A stretch of 63,530 bases of DNA, filler included. It is 4 parts of 4 records of this genome, joined end to end, with 100 filler letters (N's around TTAATTAATTAA, not from the genome) between each part and the next. Parts side by side here need not be neighbours in the genome. Positions count along the whole stretch, not along the records: positions 24,113 to 39,448 come from SRR20825019_2011; 3 more parts are not named here. One strand, 5' to 3'. Position 1 is the stretch's first letter; every line of letters starts with the position of its first letter. The notes beneath the pieces were generated by a model. That model worked only from the letters and a program-made list of their open reading frames with translations. It was not told the origin of the DNA and made no database searches. Positions 27,587 to 35,855 of this stretch are shown one piece after another. Position numbers and translations under genes: made by a program.

Positions 27587-28630
27587 ATGTACCAACTGGA
27601 GCAACCCATATATTTTTACATTCTCTTCGCCATACCGGTGTTTGTAGTGCTTTTTCTAATGGTTATACTTTGGAAAAAAACGGTTCAAAAACGGTTTGTG
27701 GATAAAGAATTGCTTAAAAAATTGAGTCCAAACCAGTCGCTTTTCAAATCAATTTTAAAGATTTTTGTGCTTTGTTTGGCAATTGCGTGTTTAAGTTTTG
27801 CTTTGGTAAACCCAAAAATTGGAACCAAGTTAGAAACCGTTAAACGTGAAGGTGTAGATATTGTTTTTGCGCTAGATGTTTCAAAAAGTATGCTTGCTGA
27901 AGACATTGCGCCAAACCGTTTGGAAAAATCAAAACAACTTATTACCCAGATAATAAATAGCCTTGCTGGCGATAGAATTGGAATTATTGGCTATGCTGGC
28001 AGCGCATTTCCGCAGGTTCCAATTACTACAGATTTTTCTTCTGCAAAACTATTTTTAAGCGGCATGAATACTGACATGGTTTCTTCACAAGGAACTGCAA
28101 TTACGCAGGCAATTGATATGGCGCTAACTTTTTATGATGATGAAGGCCAAACAAACCGGGTACTTTTTATCATTTCAGACGGAGAAGACCACGAAGGAAA
28201 TGTTTCAAGTATCGCCGAAGAAGCTGCAGATAATGGGGTTCGCATTTTTACTATTGGTGTAGGAACTATAAATGGAGGGCCAATTCCTATTAAAGAAAAT
28301 GGCGTGTTACAATATTACAAACGCGATCAAAACAACGAGCAGGTAATCACTCGTTTAGGGGAAGAAACACTTAAAGAAATTGCTCAAACCGCCAATGGTG
28401 CCTATATTGACGGTGCTAATACCAAAGTAGTCGTGGATGAAGTTAAGGCCATTTTGAACGGCATGGACAAAAAAGAATTTGAGGCGAAGCAATTCACTGA
28501 TTTTAAAGATCAGTTTCAGTGGTTTTTAGCTGGGGCATTATTTTTGTTGGTTTTTGATGTATTGCTGTTAGAACGAAAAACCGCTTGGCTTAAAAAGTTG
28601 AATTTGTTTAATGAAAAGGAAAAAGTATAA
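27587..28630 (+). CDS. batB: BatB VWA domain protein
   Basis: MIDAS DVSKS, ISDGEDH and position in the operon. Confidence 0.92.
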   Translation: MYQLEQPIYFYILFAIPVFVVLFLMVILWKKTVQKRFVDKELLKKLSPNQSLFKSILKIFVLCLAIACLSFALVNPKIGTKLETVKREGVDIVFALDVSKSMLAEDIAPNRLEKSKQLITQIINSLAGDRIGIIGYAGSAFPQVPITTDFSSAKLFLSGMNTDMVSSQGTAITQAIDMALTFYDDEGQTNRVLFIISDGEDHEGNVSSIAEEAADNGVRIFTIGVGTINGGPIPIKENGVLQYYKRDQNNEQVITRLGEETLKEIAQTANGAYIDGANTKVVVDEVKAILNGMDKKEFEAKQFTDFKDQFQWFLAGALFLLVFDVLLLERKTAWLKKLNLFNEKEKV

Positions 28631-28632
28631 AG

Positions 28633-29496
28633 ATGATTTTTGAAGTTAAAACATTTTTTCAGAAAAAATCAATGCGAAACATTTCGTGTATGTTTCTGTG
28701 TGTGGTTTTGTTTTCGTGGAATTCATTTGCACAACAAACCAAAGAGCAGGAAAAGGAACTACGCGCAGCGCAGAATTATTTAAGTGAAGCACAGCAGTCA
28801 CTTCAAAAAAATGAATTTGCAACTGCAGAAGCAGATTTCAGAAAATCAATTTCTTTAAATCCAAAAAGTGAAACTGCAAAGTACAATTTGGGTACCGCTT
28901 ACTACGGAAAAGAAAAAAATGCCGAGGCAATGCTTCGTTTTCAACAAGCTGCAACCACCGCTACAGAAAAAAGTGAAAAACATAAAGCATTTCATAATTT
29001 GGGAAATACTTTTATGAATGAAAAAAAATATACTGAAGCCGTTGAAGCCTATAAAAATGCACTTCGGAATAACCCCAACGATGAGGAATCCCGTTATAAT
29101 TTAGCATTGGCAAAAGATTTACTAGAAAAAAATCCGCCACCACCACAAGACGATAAAAAGGACGACAAAGACCAAAAAGATCAACAAAATCAGGATAATA
29201 AAGATAATAAAGATAAAGAAGGCGATAAAGGCGACGAGAAAGAAGACAAAGATAAAGGCGATCAAAAAGAGGATAAAAAAGAAGGAGATGAAGAAAAAGA
29301 CCAAGGAAAGCCTGACAAACCTAAAGACGAACAAGGTGATAAACCTCAGCAACAGCAGCCTGTTCCAGGGCAATTGTCGCCTCAACAGGTAAAAAGTTTG
29401 TTGGAAGCAATGAATAACGAAGAGAAAAAAACGCAGGATAAAATAAACGCTGAAAAGCAAAAAGGCGCAAAAGTAAAATCGGATAAAGATTGGTAG
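28633..29496 (+). CDS. batC: BatC TPR protein
   Basis: TPRs (AKYNLG, AFHNLGN, RYNLALA), a D/K/Q low-complexity linker and a C-terminal DKDW. Confidence 0.9.
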   Translation: MIFEVKTFFQKKSMRNISCMFLCVVLFSWNSFAQQTKEQEKELRAAQNYLSEAQQSLQKNEFATAEADFRKSISLNPKSETAKYNLGTAYYGKEKNAEAMLRFQQAATTATEKSEKHKAFHNLGNTFMNEKKYTEAVEAYKNALRNNPNDEESRYNLALAKDLLEKNPPPPQDDKKDDKDQKDQQNQDNKDNKDKEGDKGDEKEDKDKGDQKEDKKEGDEEKDQGKPDKPKDEQGDKPQQQQPVPGQLSPQQVKSLLEAMNNEEKKTQDKINAEKQKGAKVKSDKDW

Positions 29497-29500
29497 CATT

Positions 29501-31270
29501 ATGAAGACGAAGAATTTTTTATTCTTATTGGGGTTTGTACTGTGCAGTATCACTGTCACGGCGCAAGTTCAGTTTGATGCCAAAGTGAGCAAGAAAAGAC
29601 TGGGAATAAACGAGCGTTTGCGCGTAGATTTTGAAATGAACCAAGATGGCGACAATTTTAGACCGCCAAGTTTTGAAAATTTTAAAGTAGTAGGTGGTCC
29701 GAACCAATCTATCAGCAATTCATGGATAAACGGCAAGCGAAGTTTTTCAAAAACGTACTCGTATTTTTTGGCACCACAAACTCGTGGAAAAGTAACTATT
29801 GGGCAAGCAACCATTGAGGTTAGTGGAGAAACCTATAAAACCTTGCCTGTTGAAGTGGAAGTTACTGCTGCAGTTGACGTGCCTAAAGATGGAAGTAACG
29901 CAAATTATGTGGCGAGTGAGAATGTGCATTTGGTTGCAGAAGTTTCAAACGCAAACCCTTATTTAAACGAAGCTATTACCGTTACTTACAAACTTTATGT
30001 TTCACACGATGTAAGTATTACCAGCCAATGGCGTGAAATAGACAATCCAAAATACGCTGATTTCTGGAGCCAGAATATTGACAATAAAAACAATTTTAAA
30101 GTTTACGAAGGCAAATATAATGGTGAAAATTACCGCTACGTAGTTTTAAGAACCACCGTTCTTTATCCTCAAAAAACTGGAAAATTAGATATTGAGCCAC
30201 TTACGCTAGATATTCCCATAGACGTTCAAGGCAATCGCCGCGATATTTTTGGGCGTAGATTAATGGAGCGTGTTAATAAAACCATTTCTGCAGGAAATAG
30301 AACGATAGATGTAAAACCGCTTCCTTTAGAAGGAAAACCTGATGGTTTTAATGGGGCGGTGGGTGATCTTTCTTTTAATGTTACTACAAATAAAACAACG
30401 CTCAACGCGAACGAATCCTTACAACTTGATGTAAAGATTTCTGGGAAAGGAAATTTAAAATTATTTACAGCACCAACCTTAAAACTACCAAATACACTGG
30501 AAGTTTATGAGCCAGAACATACGGAAAGTGTAAATACTACCGTAGGTGGAATGCAAGGTTCCATCACAGATTCATATACCATTGTGCCTCAATTTAAGGG
30601 AACGTATCCGATAAACCCAATAACTTTTTCGTATTTCGATCCCAAAACTGAAACGTATAAAACCATCACATCAAAAGAATTTACTATTGAAGTTGAAAAC
30701 GGACCTATTAGCGCAGCTGCTTCCACCAATTCAAATGAAACAAATAAGCAGGTTGTACTTTCAAAAGACAATTTCAAATATTTAAAATTGGATGCCAACT
30801 TAAAGCCAATAGCACAGGAAGATTTCTTTAAATCTCCATTGTTTTGGTCACTTTTAGGCGGCCCATTTTTATTAATTCCTTTATTTATTCTAGCAGGCAA
30901 AAAACGCAAAGCACGTTTAAGCGATGTGGAAGGAAACAAATTGCGACGCGCGAATAAACTTGCCAAAAAATACCTTTCTGAGGCTAAAAAGAACATTTCA
31001 AACCCAGTTACTTTTTATGAATCTTTAGAACGCGCACTTCACAATTACCTAAAAGCGAAGTTAAATATTGAAACTTCAGAAATGGAGAAAAGCGGGATTT
31101 CAAAAATGTTATTGGAGCGCAATGTAGAAACTTCGGTTGTAGAGAATTTTATTGGCTTGTTAAAAAGCTGTGAATTTGCTCGTTATGCTTCGTCTTCCAC
31201 TGCGTCTGTACAACAAGATTACAGCAAGGCAGTAGAGATTATTTCAAACATTGATAAACAGATTGTTTAA
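29501..31270 (+). CDS. batD: BatD family protein
   Basis: Signal peptide, beta-rich BatD repeats (F.GAVG), C-terminal TM and EFARYA. Confidence 0.9.
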   Translation: MKTKNFLFLLGFVLCSITVTAQVQFDAKVSKKRLGINERLRVDFEMNQDGDNFRPPSFENFKVVGGPNQSISNSWINGKRSFSKTYSYFLAPQTRGKVTIGQATIEVSGETYKTLPVEVEVTAAVDVPKDGSNANYVASENVHLVAEVSNANPYLNEAITVTYKLYVSHDVSITSQWREIDNPKYADFWSQNIDNKNNFKVYEGKYNGENYRYVVLRTTVLYPQKTGKLDIEPLTLDIPIDVQGNRRDIFGRRLMERVNKTISAGNRTIDVKPLPLEGKPDGFNGAVGDLSFNVTTNKTTLNANESLQLDVKISGKGNLKLFTAPTLKLPNTLEVYEPEHTESVNTTVGGMQGSITDSYTIVPQFKGTYPINPITFSYFDPKTETYKTITSKEFTIEVENGPISAAASTNSNETNKQVVLSKDNFKYLKLDANLKPIAQEDFFKSPLFWSLLGGPFLLIPLFILAGKKRKARLSDVEGNKLRRANKLAKKYLSEAKKNISNPVTFYESLERALHNYLKAKLNIETSEMEKSGISKMLLERNVETSVVENFIGLLKSCEFARYASSSTASVQQDYSKAVEIISNIDKQIV

Positions 31271-31272
31271 TT

Positions 31273-32061
31273 ATGAATAACGAAATAAATAAAAAGGCTA
31301 AAAAATTTCAAGGGAAAATCTTTCTCTTTTTCGGGTTGGTTTTTCTTTCATTTTCTGCTTTTTCACAAAATCAAAATCTTTTTGAACAAGGAAAGGAACT
31401 TTATAAAAACGGAAAATACCAACAAGCAGTTAATGTTTGGATGGAAATTTTAGAGAAAGGTGAGCATTCAGCAGAGCTTTATTTCAACTTAGGAAATGCG
31501 CAGTATAAATTGAATCATATTGGGCCGAGTGTTTATTATTACGAAAAAGCGCTCCAGCTTTCTCCTAACGATGCTGATATAAAAAACAACTTGGCATATG
31601 CCGAAAACGCTCGAATTGACTCCATAGAACCTTTACCCAAAACTGTTTTTGCTAAATGGTATGAAAACGTTTCAACCATATTTACTTTTGAAGGTTGGGC
31701 AATTTTAGCAGTCGCATTTTCTGTATTTTTTGTGGCTTTATTTCTTTTTTATTATTTCGCATTTACGGAAAGAAGAAAACGATTGCTTTTTGTTAGTTCA
31801 ATGATTATTGGGTTATTTTTGGTTACTTCGTTAACGATGGCATTTTTGGTTTATGGCGATAATTCAAAAAACCAACCCGCAATTATTTTTACAAGTGAAA
31901 TTGAAGTAAAAACAGAACCCTCTATGGGCAGTAATGTGGCGTTTACACTTCATGAAGGCACTAAAGTTCAAATTGCTGCGCAAGACGGAAATTGGTACCG
32001 TATAACTTTGGCAGATGGAAAAGACGGTTGGATTCCTGCTACCGACTTAAAACAGCTTTAG
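31273..32061 (+). CDS. batE: BatE TPR + SH3 protein
   Basis: TPR (LYFNLGNA, YYEKAL), two TMs and SH3b (LHEGTKV...GWIP). Confidence 0.9.
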   Translation: MNNEINKKAKKFQGKIFLFFGLVFLSFSAFSQNQNLFEQGKELYKNGKYQQAVNVWMEILEKGEHSAELYFNLGNAQYKLNHIGPSVYYYEKALQLSPNDADIKNNLAYAENARIDSIEPLPKTVFAKWYENVSTIFTFEGWAILAVAFSVFFVALFLFYYFAFTERRKRLLFVSSMIIGLFLVTSLTMAFLVYGDNSKNQPAIIFTSEIEVKTEPSMGSNVAFTLHEGTKVQIAAQDGNWYRITLADGKDGWIPATDLKQL

Positions 32062-32100
32062 TTTTAATATTTACTTAACAGGAAATAATCTTCAAACACT

Positions 32101-32108
32101 TATTTTTG
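32101..32108 (+). promoter_or_regulatory. Bacteroidota housekeeping -7 promoter element
   Basis: TATTTTTG matches TAnnTTTG, 20 nt upstream of the TTG start at 32129. Confidence 0.6.
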
Positions 32109-32128
32109 TTCTCTTAAAAAAAATTCGC

Positions 32129-32422
32129 TTGAGGTTAACCAGTATTTTTCTTCTAATAGTATTTACAAGTTTTCTTGTAACGCCTGCTATTATTACTATT
32201 TCTGGGAATCAAGCAGATGTTTCTGCCTTCTTTTCAATGAATGAAGAGGAAAATTCTGTTAAACTTCCTAAGTTAGTTTCAGAATATCAAGTGAATGATT
32301 TAAAGTCCAGTTTAGCGGCTATTCAATTCTTAAAACAACAAAAAAATAATTTTCAATACTATCTAAATAACTACAAGATGGTATTTCTGGATGTGGTTTC
32401 ACCTCCGCCAAAATTAGCATAA
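32129..32422 (+). CDS. Small leader protein: N-terminal hydrophobic helix, acidic NEEEN patch, C-terminal SPPPK
   Basis: 97-aa ORF with a TTG start. First cistron after the promoter. Confidence 0.75.
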   Translation: MRLTSIFLLIVFTSFLVTPAIITISGNQADVSAFFSMNEEENSVKLPKLVSEYQVNDLKSSLAAIQFLKQQKNNFQYYLNNYKMVFLDVVSPPPKLA

Positions 32423-32570
32423 TCATTTTTACATCTTTTTAATCTTTCCAAAAAGGAAGGGTTTCTTGAATAATATCCGACAATATGTATTGCTCGGACT
32501 GTATTCAATCTATCAAATTATTAATTTAAAAATTACAGGTTTTCTGTAAGTATTATAGTGTAAAAAATTT

Positions 32571-34151
32571 ATGTTTAAAAATATTAAAAATGACTTGCCG
32601 GCAAGTATTGTCGTGTTTTTTGTTGCCTTACCATTGTGTTTAGGTATTGCGCTTGCAAGTGGTGCACCTTTGTTTTCCGGCTTAATTGCTGGTATTATTG
32701 GAGGAGTTGTTGTTGGAGCCTTAAGTGGTTCTAAAGTTGGAGTTAGTGGTCCCGCGGCAGGATTGGCTGCTATAGTTTTAACTGCCATAGGTACTTTAGG
32801 CGGTTATGAAAATTTTCTTGTAGCCGTTGTTTTAGGAGGAATTATTCAAATTCTTTTTGGAGTTTTAAAAGCAGGAATTATTGGTTATTATTTTCCTTCA
32901 TCTGTTATTAAAGGAATGCTGACGGGGATTGGAATAATTATTATATTAAAACAAATTCCTAACTTTTTTGGGTATGATGAAGAATCTGCCTGGGATCTAG
33001 TGTTTTTTGAAATTGACGGTGGTAATACCTTCTCAGAATTGTTTGCTATAATAGGAAATGTAACGCCAGGTGCCGCTTTAATTGGAATTATAAGTTTATT
33101 GCTTTTAATTCTTTGGGATAAAGTTTTAACAAAAAAATCTAAATTATTTAAGATTATTCAAGGACCATTCGTGGTAGTTGTACTTGGTATTTTATTTCAT
33201 ATTGTAACTCAAGGAAATAGTTATTTTGCCATAAATGGAAAGCATTTAGTTGAAGTGCCTATCCCAGATAACCTTGATTCATTTTTAGGTCAATTTAGTT
33301 TTCCAAATTTTGCAGTAATTACCAATATGGATGTTTGGGTGGTTGCTTTTACTATTGCATTGGTAGCAAGTTTAGAAACATTATTGTGTGTTGAAGCTTC
33401 CGATAAAATTGATCCTGATAAAAACGTAACTCCTACTAACAGAGAGTTATTGGCACAAGGGACAGGTAATGTTATTTCTGGTTTAATTGGAGGCTTACCT
33501 ATTACACAAGTAATTGTAAGAAGTTCGGCAAATATTCAGTCGGGTGGAAAAACGAAATTAGCAACAATCCTTCATGGGTTTCTTTTACTGATTTCGGTAA
33601 TTATTATACCTCGCTTACTGAATATGATTCCTTTATCTGTTTTAGCAGCAATATTATTAGTTGTAGGCTATAAACTGGCAAAACCATCCTTATTTAAACA
33701 AATGTACAAACAAGGTTGGAAGCAGTGGATTCCTTTTATTGTTACTGTTTTAGGTATTGTTTTCACCGATTTATTAACTGGTATTGGTTTAGGAATAGGC
33801 GTTGGAGTGGTTGTTATTTTGATTAAAAGCTACCAAAACTCACACTTTCTTCATATTGAAGATAAAAGTAATGGAAAGCATAAAATAAAAATGACCCTTG
33901 CTGAAGAAGTTACATTTTTTAATAAAGGTGCAATCTTAAATGAACTAGATAGCTTGCCAAGAGATACCTACTTAGAGCTGGATGTTACCAAAACACGATT
34001 TTTAGATAACGATATTATTGAAATATTGGATGATTTCGCATTTAAAGCTAAAGAGCGAAATATAGATATCAAATTAATTTCAGAAAGAGAAATAGTTGAA
34101 AATCCTGAAAGCTTTATTGAGTTTTTCAAATTAAGACCTAAATCTGCTTAA
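32571..34151 (+). CDS. SulP/SLC26 anion (likely bicarbonate) transporter with short STAS-like tail
   Basis: VALPLCLGIALASG, VSGPAAGL, ELLAQG.GN and VIVRSSAN motifs. Confidence 0.92.
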   Translation: MFKNIKNDLPASIVVFFVALPLCLGIALASGAPLFSGLIAGIIGGVVVGALSGSKVGVSGPAAGLAAIVLTAIGTLGGYENFLVAVVLGGIIQILFGVLKAGIIGYYFPSSVIKGMLTGIGIIIILKQIPNFFGYDEESAWDLVFFEIDGGNTFSELFAIIGNVTPGAALIGIISLLLLILWDKVLTKKSKLFKIIQGPFVVVVLGILFHIVTQGNSYFAINGKHLVEVPIPDNLDSFLGQFSFPNFAVITNMDVWVVAFTIALVASLETLLCVEASDKIDPDKNVTPTNRELLAQGTGNVISGLIGGLPITQVIVRSSANIQSGGKTKLATILHGFLLLISVIIIPRLLNMIPLSVLAAILLVVGYKLAKPSLFKQMYKQGWKQWIPFIVTVLGIVFTDLLTGIGLGIGVGVVVILIKSYQNSHFLHIEDKSNGKHKIKMTLAEEVTFFNKGAILNELDSLPRDTYLELDVTKTRFLDNDIIEILDDFAFKAKERNIDIKLISEREIVENPESFIEFFKLRPKSA

Positions 34152-34161
34152 ACGAAATCCT

Positions 34162-34977
34162 ATGAAAAATAATAATTATAAAATACTCGTGCTTTCAGAT
34201 TTGAAAAAAACTACTGAAAACACCTTAAAAAGTACAGTTAGTCTAGCCAAGATGATTGGTGGGCAAATTGATTTTTTTCACGTTAAAAAACCCACTGACG
34301 TTGTAGTTAGAGATAATCAACTTTCAGCAATTCGAAATATTAAAGAAGAGCATCACCTAATTAGTAAAAATATACAACAGCTTATTACACCAATTTCAGA
34401 AGAATTTGGGATGCCAATCAGCTATAGTTTTACCATAGGAAATGTAAAAAATGAAATTAAAGATTATATTAAAGAAACCAAACCAGACATTGTTGTTCTT
34501 GGAAAAAGAAAACCAAAACGATTAAAGTTTATTGGTGATAGCCTTACACATTTTATGCTCACTAATTTTGAAGGAGTTGTGTTTATAGCTGCTGAAAAAA
34601 ATGCAATCGAGCCAAATAAAAAAGTTGCGATTGGCTTGTTTAATGATGTTACGCATTCATTCAATATTGATTTTGCGGCAGCATTATTAGCAAATTCAGA
34701 AACGCCTTTAAAATCATTTAATATTCTTTCAAAAAAGGATTCTGAATTAAACAAAACTACATCACCTATACAGACAGAAGCATACACGTTTGAGCAAGGT
34801 GATAATGCAGTTAAAAACGTATCAAAATATATTTCTGTAAACAATATTAATTTATTGTGCATTAATAGAAAAAATGGGGTTTCCCTTGCAGAATCAAACA
34901 TTAAAGAAGCAATGGACAATCTAAATGTTTCCCTTTTAGTAAACAGAGAGAAACTACAATTAAACAATTCATTATAA
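34162..34977 (+). CDS. Universal stress protein family
   Basis: N-terminal KILVLSD, FFHV and PDIVVLG, followed by a second degenerate domain. Confidence 0.75.
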   Translation: MKNNNYKILVLSDLKKTTENTLKSTVSLAKMIGGQIDFFHVKKPTDVVVRDNQLSAIRNIKEEHHLISKNIQQLITPISEEFGMPISYSFTIGNVKNEIKDYIKETKPDIVVLGKRKPKRLKFIGDSLTHFMLTNFEGVVFIAAEKNAIEPNKKVAIGLFNDVTHSFNIDFAAALLANSETPLKSFNILSKKDSELNKTTSPIQTEAYTFEQGDNAVKNVSKYISVNNINLLCINRKNGVSLAESNIKEAMDNLNVSLLVNREKLQLNNSL

Positions 34978-34992
34978 AAAAATTAAAATATT

Positions 34993-35622
34993 ATGAAAGC
35001 ACATACAAGAGAAACACAGGCTACAATGACGCCTCAAAAAGCATTACAATATTTAAAAGAAGGAAACCAAAGGTTTCAAAATAACTTAAAAGCAAATAGA
35101 AATCTGTTAGAGCAGGTTAATGATACAAGTGATGGCCAATTTCCTTTTGCTACTATTTTAAGTTGTATTGATTCAAGAGTATCTGCAGAACTGGTTTTCG
35201 ACCAAGGTTTAGGAGATATTTTTAGTGTGCGAATTGCTGGAAATTTCGTCAATGAAGATATTCTAGGAAGCATGGAGTTTGCTTCTAAATTGGCAGGAAC
35301 CAAACTAATTGTTGTATTAGGGCACACCAGCTGTGGCGCAATAAAAGGAGCATGTGATGATGCCAAAATGGGAAATCTTACAACGATGCTTGAAAAAATA
35401 AAACCAGCGGTACAAGCAGTCCCACTTCCAAAAGAAGAATCGCTACGAAACTCTAAAAACCTCGATTTTGTAGATGCTGTCGCTGAAAAAAATGTAAGCC
35501 TTACTATTGATAAAATAAGAAGCTTAAGCCCCGTATTAAAAGAAATGGAAGACAAAAACGAAATTGATGTTGTAGGTGCTATGTACGATATCAACACTGG
35601 AGCTGTTTCTTTTATAGAATAA
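34993..35622 (+). CDS. Beta-class carbonic anhydrase
   Basis: Zn ligands in CIDSR and HTSC; L.EGN.RF; R.AGN. Confidence 0.95.
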   Translation: MKAHTRETQATMTPQKALQYLKEGNQRFQNNLKANRNLLEQVNDTSDGQFPFATILSCIDSRVSAELVFDQGLGDIFSVRIAGNFVNEDILGSMEFASKLAGTKLIVVLGHTSCGAIKGACDDAKMGNLTTMLEKIKPAVQAVPLPKEESLRNSKNLDFVDAVAEKNVSLTIDKIRSLSPVLKEMEDKNEIDVVGAMYDINTGAVSFIE

Positions 35623-35655
35623 AAGATATTGTTAATTGATAAAGAGCAAAAAAAG

Positions 35656-35693
35656 ATTGGATAGTGTTAATTGAACTATTAATACTATCCAAT
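35656..35693. terminator. 16-bp stem-loop after carbonic anhydrase (probable terminator or processing stem)
   Basis: attggatagtgttaat-tgaact-attaatactatccaat with one G-U pair. A-run before, T-rich sequence after. Confidence 0.65.
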
Positions 35694-35855
35694 TTATAAC
35701 TTTTTGATAATCAACGGCATAAATCAATTGTTTTGACCTTGAAAAGATTAAATTAGTAACGATTTCATGACTAAGTTCAAAAAATATATTACAACTGAAA
35801 TTGTAATGAACCCGTTGTGAAAACGAAATTTTTAATGAATTAATACCCAATAATT

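Noticed and set aside
29140-29360. GATAAA/GACAAA repeats as a possible CRISPR or tandem array
   Set aside because: They encode the D/K/Q low-complexity linker of BatC, with no repeat-spacer structure. No CRISPR array or cas gene was seen in the window.
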